DNA of 64,000 nucleotides from Lama glama. Lineage: Eukaryota. The DNA is taken from assembly GCA_028534125.1 (NCBI GenBank), contig CM052816.1, positions 54,624,001 to 54,688,000 of the forward strand, written 5' to 3'. A model generated the notes under the pieces. The model searched no databases, was not told the origin of the DNA, and saw nothing but the letters and a program-made list of their open reading frames with translations. Shown here in pieces: positions 1 through 12,530 of this stretch. How positions within the stretch are numbered: position 1 is the stretch's first letter; every line of letters starts with the position of its first letter. Both the position numbers and the translations under genes were made by a program.

Positions 1-655
1 TGAGGAAACATATTGTTCATTCATGCACGAGGGAGAGTGCTTTCCAATTAAAGACGTCACATCGGAAGAGTCTTCCAAATTGGTTTCATTGAGAAAAAAT
101 GAAGGCGGCTAGAAGCCTTTCACTTGAGATTTGACAACAGCCAGAAAACTTTTGTTAATCATGAATGTTAAGTAATAAGATTTAATTAGCACGAGTTATA
201 AATAGAATATTGCTTGGAATTTACATAGGCATAATCTTCAGTTTCTGTGTAACTGTTGGCTGTTCTTTCTACAGTTCCTCCTAAAAATGGGGCAATGATG
301 ACTCACAACCATTTGCATCATGGACTTTTCTTTTCAGAAATAGCTTATTTGGGTGAGAGCTGGGTTTTATTTTGGCCCTTTCTTCAACACCTGGTTCTCA
401 GGTAAGTGGACCAGGTGATGCGGGGAAGGTGGGAGTGAATCTGTTGGTGTCAACTCCTTGGTCCTTTTGTGCTCCTGTATATGAGGTTGGTGTAAATGTG
501 ACCAGGAAGCCATACAGAACTGTGTGGAGAAGGAAAAGACATAAGCACCTCAGACCCACCACTAGTAAACAGGGATTTAGCAATAGCTTTGCTTATAGCA
601 CATTATGGCTGGGTCCAAGGCAAAGATTTGCAGAAAAGAAGTTAGTAGTATGTAG

Positions 656-924
656 TGTGTTAGTCAGGATTCTCCAGAAAAGCAGAACCAATGGGATGTT
701 CCCTTTTCTTTAGGAGACCTCCATTTTTTTTTCTCTTAAGAACTTCAACTGATTGGGTAAACCCCAGCTACATTATAGAGGGTAATCTACACTACTCAAT
801 GTCTACTGATTTAAGTGTCAGTCTCATCTAAAAAATACCTTCACAGCTACATCTTGACAAGCATTTAACCAAATATCAGGGTAACATGGCCTAGCCAGGT
901 TGACATACAAAATCAGCCATCACA
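656..924. mobile_element. MLT2-like (ERVL) LTR with internal deletion
   Basis: tgtgttagtcaggattctccagaaaagcagaacc ... ggcctagccaggttgacatacaaaatcagccatcaca resembles MLT2 termini. Confidence 0.75.
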
Positions 925-1129
925 TTTGGTCATGCTGAGAATTGGAATTAAGACTGACTGGTTATCAGATCCTTAGACAAATGCCCTAAAATCACCTTGA
1001 AGGGTGTGTTTTGATAAAGGAGTAAGGACCAGAAACCTTTCAGTGTCGCTGAAGTCTGGCAGAAACCCTGTGTGATAGCAGTGTTTCATGCTTAATTCTA
1101 GTAACAGCCTCGAGCAGGTGGTGCAGTAA

Positions 1130-1330
1130 TGAAGTGGGCAGGCTCCGAGGTCCGATCCCTGGAGCCTGCATCCTGACTGTTGCTTTCTGTGTGATTGGAC
1201 GCAACTCACTTTCATTTCTCTCTGCTTCAGTTTCTCCTTTTATAAAACGGAGATAGGTTTAAATGTTCTGATTCATGGGAAGTTTATAGAACGGTGCTAG
1301 AAACTTACTAAGTATTCAATAAATATTAAT
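1130..1330 (+). mobile_element. MIR SINE
   Basis: ctctgcttcagtttctccttttataaaacggagata core and aagtattcaataaatatt tail. Confidence 0.65.
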
Positions 1331-1741
1331 TTTTTTATTACTTAAGTTAAGAATAAAGCCAAACATTTTCTTAATGTTTGACCATCTTAGGAACAGTTTT
1401 GTTGTTGTTGTTGATTTTGCTTCTTAGCCTTAGAGAAAGTTATGCCAGCCTCACCCTTTCCTGCCTATATCCTGGGGTTGGCATTTCAGTGTCCCCTAAG
1501 GGGCACTCATTGTAAGCAAGCTGTTTTTCATCAGGAAGGCCAAGAGAGGAAAGATTTGCAGAGACTCCTGTTAGAAAGCCCAGACATGATGGGTGGAAGA
1601 TTAGCTTTCACCGAGCAGGTGTCAAGGTGGGGCAACAATTTTATGAACCCTGCAAATAAACCACCCCATTTCAATGAATTGATGTAGCAGTAAGACCACT
1701 CTAAGAAAAAAAAATCTAACAATTTCATGTTACAAAAACAT

Positions 1742-2482
1742 TAAATGGCCATACTACCCAAAGCAATCTACACATTTAATACAATCCGTATCAAATTACC
1801 CTGGATATTTTTCACAGAACTAGAACAAATAATCCTAAAATTTATATGGAATCACAAAAGACCCAGAATTGCCAAAGCAATACTGAAGAGAAAGAATGAA
1901 GCTGGAGGAATAACCCTCCCAGACTCCAGACAAAACTACTAAGCTACAGTAATCAAAAGAGCATGGTACTTGTACTGAAATAGATATACAGATCAATGGA
2001 ACAGAATAGAGAGCCCAGAAATAAATCCACAAACTTCTGGTCAATTCATCTTTGACAAAGAAGGCAAGAACATACAATGGAATGAAGACAGTCTCTTCAG
2101 CAAATGGTGCTGGGATAACTGGACAGCTGCATGTAAATCAATGAAGTTAGAATACTCCTTTACCATTAACAAAAATAAACTCACAATGGCTTAAAGACTT
2201 AAATATAAGACAAGACACGATAAATCTCCTAGAAGAAAACACAGGCAAAACATTTTCTGTCATAAATCTTAGCAATGTTCTCCTAGGGCAGTCTACCCAG
2301 GCAATAGAAATAAAACCAAAATAAACAAATGGGACCTAATTAAACTTATTAGCTTTTGCACAGCAAAGGAAACCATAAGCAAAACAAAAAGAGAACTTAC
2401 AGAATGGGAGAAAATATTTGCAAAAGGTGAGACTGACAAAGGCTTAATTTCCAGAATATACAAATAGCTCATACAACTTGAT

Positions 2483-2517
<35 letters not shown>

Positions 2518-2994
2518 AAAAATGGGTGGAAGACCTAAACAAGCAATTCTTCAATGAAGACATACAAATGGCCAATAGGCACACGAGAAAATGCTCAATA
2601 TTGCTGATTATTAGAGAAATGCAAATCAAAACTACAATGAGGTATCACCTCACACCAGTCAGGATGGCCATCATTAAAAAGTCCACAAACGATAATTGCT
2701 GGAGAGGGTGTGGAGAAAAGGGAACCCTCTTATGCTGCTAGTAGGAATGTAGTTTGGTGCAGTCATTGTGGAAAACAGTGTGGAGATTCCTCAAAAGACT
2801 AAAAATAGACTTACCATATAATCCATCAATCCCATTCTTGGGCATATATCCAGACGGAACCTTAACTCAAAAAGATACATGCACCCCAAACTTCATAGCA
2901 GCACTATTTACAACAGCCAAGACATGGAAACAACCTAAATGTCCAACAGCAGATGACTGGATAAAGAAGCTGTGGTGTATATATATGTATATAT

Positions 2995-3033
<39 letters not shown>

Positions 3034-3519
3034 GGAATACTACTCAGCCATAAAAAAATAACAAAATAATGCCATTTGCAGCAACATGGATGGACCTGGA
3101 GATTGTCATTCTAAGTGAAGTAAGCCAGAAAGAGAAAGAAAAATACCATATAATATAACTTATATGTGGAATTTAAAATAAAAAAAGATAAACTAACTTA
3201 TTTATAAAACAGGAACAGACTCAAAGACATAGAAAACAAACTTACAGTTACCAGGAGGGGAAGGGGGTGGGAAGGGATAAATTGGGAGTTTGAGATTTGC
3301 AGATACTAACTAATATATATAAAATAAACAACAAGTTCATACTGTATAGCACAGGGAACTATATTCAATATCTTGTAGTAACTTGTGGTGAAAAAGAATA
3401 TGAAAATGAATATGTGTATGTTCACGTATGACTGCAGCATTATGCTATACACCAGAAATTGACACAACATTGTAAACTGACTATACTTCAATAAAAATAC
3501 ATATACACAGAAAAAAAAC
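1742..3519 (+). mobile_element. 5'-truncated young LINE-1 (ORF2 C-terminal part + 3'UTR + A tail)
   Basis: ORF fragments [12 protein letters not shown]..., [21 protein letters not shown] and DTCTPNFIAALFT are L1 ORF2; frameshifted; ends atacttcaataaaaa. Confidence 0.95.
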
Positions 3520-4053
3520 CCAGAAACAAAGTAAAGAGGGGTGTTGACTTAGTAGTATTTCCTTTGTTGTTCAGGACCTCATTTTTGACCCCAAGGTGTC
3601 TTTTACAGACCATATGCTTAGTCTCAAGCCAAACATGGACAAGGCTCAGTCAACAGTAAATTGCCTTCAGTACCAAAAAAGTACTCAGATTTCGGCAAAC
3701 TGTGTCTATGAGAGTTTAAAGTCTTTGTTGTCCTTGTTAACAAGTACATTCACTGTGACAAAGACATGGATTCTCAGTTTTCTCGGAGGACAGTGGGGAA
3801 GGGATCCCCGAATCCTGCTTCCCTATCAGGACCAATCAATTAGTGCTGTTCCTGCAAACACTGCAATTATACCTCTGCTCAAAATAAATGCAATTCCACA
3901 GCCCAGAGTTCTCCGAGCTCTAAGAAGTCTAAAATAATGTATTTCAGCATTTGGTTCTGTACCACCTGAGAACATTACTTTCTGATGGTAATAAGGGAGG
4001 GCTCTGTTTCGGAACACAAAGCACAATGTTGAGGTGCCAACATTCTGAATATA

Positions 4054-4059
4054 TTTATT
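4054..4059 (-). terminator. CRHBP: CRHBP polyadenylation signal (AATAAA)
   Basis: AATAAA about 600 nt after the stop, followed by a GU/U-rich tract (ttgtgctttgtgtt). Confidence 0.7.
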
Positions 4060-4664
4060 CGTGTTTGTATTTACGGATGCAAAACGTTTCCCATGCTACA
4101 GTGTTTTGTTAAAAACAAGGTGTAACCAGCCAGTAAATAATACTAGGTACAACGATTACCTATTGTAAACAGAATAATAAGCAGAAAATAAATAAACAGA
4201 TTCAACTACTTTGATATGCACAGACATTTGTTTTCTGTATAAAACTGGCAAGAACGCTATCATTTTAATTTCTTTGTAGTCTTTTCCCTTGAGATACAAT
4301 TTTTCATTACACATTTCTTTGCACTTGCCTTACCAGCTCAGGTTTCAAAGAAATACAGAAAACTGTTTTTCTACCAAAGGGAGGGGGGGCTCATTTTCCA
4401 CCATGTGGTCATTTATACATTACAAATGAAAAAGAAGCAAGGTACAAAAATTTGTGTGTGTGTGTGTGTGTATGTGTGTGTGACAGAGAGAGAGATACGT
4501 GCTCACGGTTGGGGGTGTGTGCGTGAGAGAGAGAGAGATACGTGCTCAAGGTTGGGAATACTGATTGGTATGGAAGGCTCTTAACTAGCTGGTCATCAAA
4601 ATCATATATAATAGCCATTAAAAACTCATTTAGCTAGCAGCGTGGAACTCACTGACATGGTTAT

Positions 4665-4822
4665 TCAAAGACTAGACAAACAGAATTCCTGGATACTGTT
4701 TCCACTTGGGTTTTCCATTTCATATGGTTCCAGCTGGCGGTACTCAAAAGTCACACGATTTATATGTTTTCCACTGGAGACCAAGCGCACCACCGTGTTG
4801 TCACAGCCAATTTTCATCTGGG
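4665..4822 (-). CDS. CRHBP: CRHBP coding exon 7 (AQMKIGCDNTVVRLVSSGKHINRVTFEYRQLEPYEMENPSGNSIQEFCLSSL*)
   Basis: Translated by hand. aattatag| acceptor, TGA at 4667-4665. Exon lengths sum to 969 nt = 322 aa plus stop. Confidence 0.96.
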
Positions 4823-5003
4823 CTATAATTCATGGAAAAAGTGAAAGTTTCCCAGCAGTTAGAAACCACACAGTCGAACCATTTCTGACCAAGAGATCAT
4901 TTAAACACAAAGAAAGCAAGGGGCTGCATCTTCCTCTCATGTACTCCAACCAGGCATCTGCCATCAGGTGGAACGTCTTTGTTTTCACCTTTATTATAAT
5001 ATA

Positions 5004-5236
5004 CAGCTGACCCTTAAACGATGTGCAGGCTAAGGGCGAGGACCTCCCCACGGTTGAAAATCTGCATATAGTTTATAGTCTGCCCTCCATTCCCACAGTT
5101 CCTCCAGATCCGAGGTTCCAGATCCTTGGGTTCAACCAGCCGGGGGTCGTGTAGTACTGTAGTATATACGGTTGAAAAAATCCGCCTACTAAGCGGACCT
5201 CCGCAGTTCAAACCTCTGTTGTTCAAGGGTCAACTG
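5004..5236. mobile_element. Tigger2-derived MITE (TcMar) in CRHBP intron 6
   Basis: TIRs cagctgacccttaaac / gttcaagggtcaactg flanked by TA duplications (5002-5003 and 5237-5238). Confidence 0.88.
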
Positions 5237-5419
5237 TATAATTAATTATAGAACAGTGAAATTGAACTCAGCCTTACCCCTCATGGGCAAGAACACCGTT
5301 ACTCAAATAAAACTGGCTGCAAAGAGGTAAGAAGATATCTCTTCGTACTTTTTATGTTCTCCTACCTGCAAAGCTTTGGTGGCAAAGGCAAGCGTCGGTC
5401 CATCTGCACCATTGCCGTA

Positions 5420-5860
5420 GTTTTGTTCTCAGTGGGGGCAGTACTGCCCTCTAGGGACAGGTTGGAAATTTGCAGGGGCAGATTTTGGTAATATCTAGAG
5501 GTGCAAATGGCATTTAGTGGGCAGGGCTAAAGGATGAGGTGTATGTACTGTGAGACATTTACGTTGACCAAATTAAAAAAAAAAATCACCTGTTTATTTT
5601 TTTGAGCCTAGATAATAATTCTGTCTTATGTATAAACAAAAAATTATTTGCATGGTTTAGACATACACTGAATAGACTTGTTTTTGTTCTTGTTCACCTG
5701 CAAATTGTCCCTCTAATTTTTTCTGTACATCTTATATGGAATGACTTTTGATATCCTTACTTCTCTTAAGCACAATCTTATTCATTATTTTGAGAAGCAT
5801 CTGGCAGTGTTTATGTATCTTCTAGTGCAGATGTGCCTGAGCAGTTATGTATTGAAGCTG
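5420..5860 (+). mobile_element. MER20B-like hAT-Charlie fossil
   Basis: ttctcagtgggggcagtactgccctctagggac...ggcatttagtgggcagggctaaaggatg plus internal blocks resembling MER20B. Confidence 0.6.
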
Positions 5861-5884
5861 TGTGTGGTTTTTAGGCATCCTTTT

Positions 5885-6190
5885 AACAAACTTTTTCAGC
5901 TTTACTGAGGCATAATTGACAGAAATTGTGTGTATTTAAGGCGTACAATGTGATCACCACAAGCAAGCTAACTAGTGTTCATTACCTCACATAGTTACCA
6001 CTTTCTTTTTCTTTTTTTTTTCATGGAGGTACTGGGGATTGAACCCAGGATCTGTGCATGCTAAGCACACACTCTACCGCTGATCTATACCCTGCCCCTA
6101 ACAATTTTTTCTTTTTAATTCTCCACTCCCCTCCCTCCTGGCAACCATCTGTTTGTTCTCTGTACCTATATGAGTCTATTTCTGTTTTGT
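5885..6190 (-). mobile_element. Old L1M 3' end interrupted by a SINE
   Basis: cagctttactgaggcataattgac...tatttaaggcgtacaatgtgat is the reverse complement of an L1MA-type 3' end. Confidence 0.65.
6002..6098 (-). mobile_element. tRNA-Ala-derived SINE (Vic-1-like)
   Basis: Reverse complement reads GGGGCAGGGTATAGATCAGCGGTAGAG...GGGTTCAATCCCCAGTACCTCCA plus A-rich tail. Confidence 0.85.
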
Positions 6191-8207
6191 GAAACTCAGT
6201 ATGTTTATTAAAATTGCTTTTATTTCTCCAGTCTCAAGCTGGTTCCTGAGGCAAGATCTGTCTGCCCTACAGTAATGCTTTCTGCTGTTTTAATTTTCTC
6301 AATCTCCCCCCCCACCACTTTGTCTCTATAAAGCCTCACTTCTGAGAAACATTATTATCATTGTATAACAGGTACTTTACAAACATGCACCTGGGTTTAA
6401 ATGAAGTAAAACAGCCAGATGGAGTCATGTAGGTAAAAGCCAAATTGGAGACATAATAAATATAAATCCTAAAATTATTTTAATATAGGCACCAGGGAGT
6501 CTAGGTTGAGTTTCTATGAGGAGGTCCAAAGTTAATTTTCTTCATCTGATTTGGAAGGTCATTCTTTTCTGATCTGCCTCTGAGCTTTGATCTACATAAC
6601 ATGCTTTCTTTCCTTTAGTTAATGTGCATATCATTTGTTTATTATTTGACGTAATTCCTAATAAAATCCAACATAATGGCCAGGGTACCTAACAGTTCTT
6701 CATTGTCTGAGCAACTTAGGAGGGGCTCATGGAAACTTGTGAGTGAAAGAAAAAAGTGAACTCTAAAATGAACCAATGAGTCAGATAATTCAAGCCTTCA
6801 AATCATCTTAAGATGGGTTTCAGTTATCTAGATAATATAGGCACAAGTGGTTTTTTTGGCCTCAGTCACACCTTTTACCTAAATCGAGTGGTAATATTCA
6901 TGTACCAAATTACTGTGACTCCAATTATCTAAATTTTAAGGCACGAGTGTGCTTCAGCTCAGTCTAATCTTTTAATCCAGCTCAAATGCATCTCCTCACA
7001 GGTGCCCTCTGGTGACATGGAAGGATCCAGCCCCTCCGGGAACACACACAAAAAGGCGGAGGAGCCACAATGAACCAGCTTAAACCGGGGCTCAGCTGTA
7101 AATTAGCATAACTAATCCCCACCTTTTCAACAAAGTGGGTTTTTAGAAATCTTTTCCCCTTACTTGTGCATATTAATTCTATCTGGGAGAAGTTTGTTTA
7201 GCTCAGAGAGAGGAAATACTGGTGGGCAGACCTGTAATTCAAACAGGTAACAGCCGATGAAAAGGATGTCTGATTTGTAGCTTCATTATTTAGTTGGTTA
7301 GTGATCTGTGGTACAAGAGAGGAAGGGGACCACGGTAAGAGATGAAAGACTCTTCTCCTGTTTCACTTTTGTCTCTTTAAAAGATAACCCCCATTCCTTA
7401 TCTGAAGTCCAGATATGGGAGTGACCTTCACTGAAATGTTTTAGGCAACCCTCTCCCTCCCCGCTTGGACTTCGTTAATTAATTCGGTTTTAAGTCAGCA
7501 ATTCCCACCCCCCTGACCCCACCTGAGCCTAATCAAATGCAGACTCTTCACTGATGCATAACAAAGAAGATCTGGTTCTGTCTGGCATGCTCTGTGCTAA
7601 GCTGGGCCTTTATTACTGGAGACCACTTTAAGATTTCCGAATTTCCCTGTTTCTGCAGTGGTGTTTCAGAGGCTGGTTTTGCTGCTGGAAGTTGGGGACA
7701 TTCAGCAGTTCTGAGAATTTCTAATAAAGCGTATCATTTTTTAATGTATCTACTAGGAGTAATACACACAGATATATGGTAAAGTTATTTAGGTATTACT
7801 TCATTACCACACTAATTGATGATACAGTCACTATTTGAACCAGTTTCGGTCAGTTTTCAGTTAGTAGATAAACTCTTTAGTCTCTAGAAGATGAAAGCAG
7901 GGATCTTCAAGAAGGTGGAAAGAGCACAGAACCAAAAAGTTTTGTCTTATTCATAGTTTTACCTGCGGCCAACCTTAAACACACAACCTTATTACTTTAT
8001 ATGTTTCTCTCCCAATGTCAGATGTTGTGGTCACACATTCTCGATACTGTACATCGGCTCAAACGTAAAAATCCTCACACTGGCTCAATGCGCAAAACAG
8101 AAGTTTTTTGCTGCAACTTGCCCTCCCGTGGATAAAAAATTTGAGGTGTTTTATTGAAGGAAACAGTCTTGACAGGCACATGAATAATAATTAAAGCAAC
8201 ATCTCAC

Positions 8208-8325
8208 CAGGGCCGCGGAAGGGATAGCAGAGGTCAGCTAAAGGCGTCATCTTGGAGGGATCCAGTCCAGTTCCTCCCAGCAGCTCCACGAAGTCTCCAA
8301 TTCCCCCACAGCCTGCTGAGGACTT
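8208..8325 (-). CDS. CRHBP: CRHBP coding exon 6 (KSSAGCGGIGDFVELLGGTGLDPSKMTPLADLCYPFRGP)
   Basis: Not in the ORF track; translated by hand. ttctctcag| acceptor, G|GTGAGA donor, 118 nt. Confidence 0.96.
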
Positions 8326-9128
8326 CTGAGAGAACCAAGCAGCAGAGGAAGATGCATTTAAACCGATTAAGGAAGTTGAACCATTTTATCAATGGTAAGT
8401 TGGTGAATTCACTCCGTCAGCCCTAGACATCCTGGCAGTGCTATTTAATTTAAAATCCAGGACCCCGGAGATTAAAAGACCTTTAAAAGAAAAAAAAATC
8501 CAAAGATTTGCTTTTCTAAATCAGTTGAGTAATCATGTTTTTAAAATGCGTGTGCATTCAAAAAAAATTTTTTTTATAAGCTCAAGGACTAGAATGATGA
8601 AATGGGCATCTGTAAACGCCATATGAGATGTATGAAAATTGAATCTGAAAATGCTTTGCTTTTAAAACCATTTGGACACACACACTGAATTATTGGAATT
8701 TCTTAGTGCATGCAGTCAGAGTTTTTATAAATAGAGCTTCCACATCAGTTCTTCCTTCAACTTACCTCTTTTCTTCTTCTTTATAGAAGACTTTCTCTGC
8801 AGACAATCCTTATCATTTCTACTGATAAGGATTTAGATTAGTTTTTAAAGAATATTAAAGAAAGAAGAGAACTCTAATTTGGGGCTCAAATTAGCTAGAG
8901 TTACCATCCCCTTTCTCCGTCCAACAAAATAAATTGATTTCTAGCTACTCAAAACAAGAATCTATTCAAAGGCTTTGTGTAACCCACTGTAACCACCTTT
9001 TCCTGCTTCCCTTTGTCCTTTCCACACAGTCTCGTCCACAGCAATTCCCGTGCATCACTTTCCCACACAAACAAAGCAGCCCCTCTCAGTCCCAGATGTG
9101 GCACTTTGCGTCGCCTGTCTCCTGTGAT

Positions 9129-9433
9129 TAGGGCTGGCCTCATGGTCCTGCCGCCCCCCATGCCCATAGGGCCCACACTTACATGGGCCTAGTGCTTGGC
9201 TTAATGCTGTCACTGTCTTGAAATTCTTTTTTTGGGGGGAAGGGGGTCAGGTAATTAGGTTTACTTATTTATTTATTTTAATGGAGGTACTAGGGATCGA
9301 ACCCAGGACCTTGTGCATGCTAGGCACGTACTCTACCACTGAGCCATACCCTCTCCCCTTGAAATTCTTAATTTTAATAAGGCCCCGGCATTTTCATTTT
9401 GTACTGTCTTCTACAAATTACACAGGCGATTTG
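9129..9433 (+). mobile_element. MER91-like hAT-Tip100 fossil, split by a SINE
   Basis: agggctggcctcatgg...gcttggcttaatgct...cttgaaattcttaat...ggccccggcattttcattttgtact. Confidence 0.65.
9229..9357 (-). mobile_element. tRNA-Ala-derived SINE (Vic-1-like) with 12-bp TSD
   Basis: A and B boxes, aataaataagtaaacctaattacc tail; TSD CTTGAAATTCTT at 9217-9228 and 9358-9369. Confidence 0.9.
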
Positions 9434-10199
9434 CCTGTGATACTCTGATTCACTGAGGCACACTCATCAAGAGATCCAGTGGAGGGTGGCAAGGTGCTTA
9501 GAAGTGAACCAGATAGACCCTTCCATGTAGGGACAAAATCTAACCCAGAGAATGTTAAACACACACACACATGAACACACCCACCCCAACATTTGGGAGA
9601 TACTGAAATACAACTAGCACTAAACCATAAATAGAAAAACAATACGACAGCAACTGCTTGGCTAATGAGAAGAAGCAGGTGGGAGACATATTTTTAAAGC
9701 ACCAACTGTGTGCTCAGTTCTACAGTTAGGAGGTCATTTACACACAATCTCATCAAATGATGAGAGGGTTAATTAGCCCCACTGTGTATTGGGCCCATGT
9801 TCTTGTATGAAGAGTTGAATAAGCCATTTAGAGGTAAAGGGAATAAAAAACCTAATTGTCTTTCCCTTGAGCAGAGGATGTCCAGGGGGAACATCTCAAG
9901 ACTAAACTTTCCACCTGGTTCTATAGGTTCCAGATTTCAGCAGGAGGAGGTGAAGGGGGAAAGGCGGGCTGGGGAGAGGGAAATTTGAAATAAGGAAGCT
10001 GGGAAGAGGTAGAAGCTAAAATAAGGGGAACAAAACAAAGAAACAAGGAAGTTGGATGCACATGCTCCTTGGAGTTCAGTGACTTTTCTATTTCCAAACC
10101 TCCCAGCTGTTCTTATAAACAGTGGCAGAAGCTGAATTGTGTAGGGACCTCTAGGGTTCACACCTTAACAGTGATCCTCAAGAGTTCTTTGCTGAGGTT

Positions 10200-10965
10200 C
10201 CACCTCCCTGGACTAAGTCACCATCATCTCTTGCCTAGACTATGACAGTGGCCCTTTAGGTGCACTTTCGCTTCACTCTGGCCCCGACAGTCCATTCATC
10301 ATCATCTGTGGAAGCCAGAATGACCTTTAGGTAATCCTCTCCCTCCCACCTTGGACTTCATTAATTAGTTCTGTCATGAGGCCAGCAACTCCCAACCGCC
10401 CTCACCCCACCTGAGCATAATCAAACGGATTATGTCACTTTCCCGCCTGAATTCCTTTGGTGGTTTCCCACTGCCCTCAGAATAAACCCAAACTCTTTAA
10501 TGTGACCTGCTGGGCTCTCCACGCCCTTGCCTAGCCCATCTCCCTGATGCTGTGTCATGCCCCCCCCACCTCCTCCGCCGTATCTTTCCTTCTTTCCATC
10601 TCTAGAGCTCAGCAAGTCCATTCCTGCCTCTGAGCCTCTGCACTGCTGTTCCTCTGTTCCCAGCTCTTCCTGTGGCTGCTGGCTCCTTCTTACCTATCAC
10701 TCAAGTCTCACTTTAAATGACTCAACCTCAGAAGATTTCTTTACTGACTGTCTTATCTCAAGTAGCTGCCCACCCCTCCCTCTACTCCCTTGTCCCAGCC
10801 ACCACTCCACTTCATTTTCTGCAGGACACTCACTACTACTTGAAATACATTCTATCTTTGCCTCTTCTCCCACTGGAATGCAGGTTCCACGTAAGCAGAA
10901 TGTGCTTTGTTTGTTGCTAATTTCCAGCATTTAGATTAATGCCTTGCATATGGTAAGCACTCAAA
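10200..10965 (+). mobile_element. LINE-2 3' region
   Basis: catcatctcttgcctagactat, gattatgtcact...cccactgccctcagaataaacccaaact, and the terminal gcatatggtaagcactcaa. Confidence 0.75.
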
Positions 10966-12085
10966 AACAAACAAAAAATCCCTCAAAACTCTTGTAAAGC
11001 AACAGATACATAGAACCCTGCAGACTTAACATTTTTTTAAACAGTAGGCACTAAGATGACTCCTTGTAGCCAAGAATAACTAAAGTGCAGACCCCCCAAT
11101 CTATCACACTTGCTCTCTCCTTTTTATACATCAAGAATGATATACAAACAATCTCAAGCCAGTAAGGCTATGCCAGAGACATCCACTTGTCCTGGTGTTT
11201 ATTAAAGCATTATTCTACAACTAAGGTCCAACTTGAAAATAAAAGTAGGCACTGCCCTATGAATTTAGGACTTACAGAAAATTGGATCTACTGCTGTTCT
11301 CAGCCCTAGTCCTATTTATTTGGTTTTTGCCGAAATCTTTATGATCAGGAAATATGACTATCTTTGATGCCAGCAAATGCATAAGCTATCTTAACCTTGG
11401 CATAAAAGAAAGTAAAAGGAAATGAAGATGACTCAGCAGACACAAGCTACCAGTGCAAATAAATGTGGTCAGGCTCACCATTAGTTGTCAAGTCCATACA
11501 GAAGTTCATGGGGAAAAAAGTTGATGGGATTCTCAGCTAATGTTTGGTTGCAAAATGTATGGAATTAAATGTGATAAAAAAAAAAAACCACTTCAAAACT
11601 TTACCACATTTTGCAATATAAAAATCCAATTTCGTATTTTCTGCTACACTTAGCATTCCTTCATAACACAGCTCTGTCGATGAGATACTTCCTTCATGTC
11701 AAAAGAGAATTCCAATAATCAGAAAAGCAGCTGTGTAGATGACTCACACTAGGTTCTGCTAGGAGAGAATTTTTGTTAAAGAGGCAAGTACAAGAGAGTT
11801 CAATTGTAATTATATGCCACAACTTCACCAATTGAAAACATTCCTTACATCACAAGAAAGTACTGAGAGAGTCAGAAGGGGCACCTGAGTGTGCATCCTG
11901 TAGCACAACGGAAATAGAAGAGGGGTTTATTAAAGCAGTGAGGACAAGCTCATGTGAGATGCAACCGTCAAAGAGGAGGACGGACCATTCCAATTCACTC
12001 AGTACAAGTTTGCCCTGTCTGATTACTTTTGCTCTGATAAAATTGGAGCCTTAGGAAGTGATTGGAAAGCAAGGAAGTAACTCAC

Positions 12086-12234
12086 CTTTAACTGCAGACC
12101 ATTTAAGTGTCCCAGGGTGAGATCAGATATTTTGATCACCACAGGATAAATGATGGAGAAGCTACAGTTGCGATGTTGATGTGGAACTACCAGAGTAAAC
12201 CTTCCATTTGGGGTCTGGGAGATGACGTTGCAGG
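12086..12234 (-). CDS. CRHBP: CRHBP coding exon 5 (CNVISQTPNGRFTLVVPHQHRNCSF...LQLK)
   Basis: ttttccacaaag| acceptor, AAG|GTGAGT donor, 149 nt; contains the NCS N-glycosylation sequon. Confidence 0.97.
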
Positions 12235-12530
12235 CTTTGTGGAAAAACAAAATCACATTTTCACTACTTAGTATGCTGCGCTTTTATAAAAATCTATCTT
12301 ATCCTTATTCTAAGTTCCTATTCACCGTCTAGGGGCTTGTGGCCCAAAAGAGAGTACATATCACAAAGGCAATTTGAAGACTGCAAGGAGTTGGGAAATA
12401 AAACCATCAGTCATGTAGGGACATTATCAAGAGTCCCTGGGCTGCAAGGCATCTTCTAATCTTAATCTCAGGGGGTTACCTTGTTAATAACAATCATAAG
12501 ACATAAATTAGTAACCAACAAAGCAATACT

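Noticed and set aside
58..76. ATCGGAAGAG resembling Illumina adapter sequence
   Set aside because: Only 10 nt match and both flanks diverge from the adapter; chance match.
6024..6098. tRNA-Ala-like sequences (also near 9290, 20130, 51580 and 56260)
   Set aside because: Diverged, multi-copy, with A-rich tails and TSDs: these are SINE heads, not tRNA genes.
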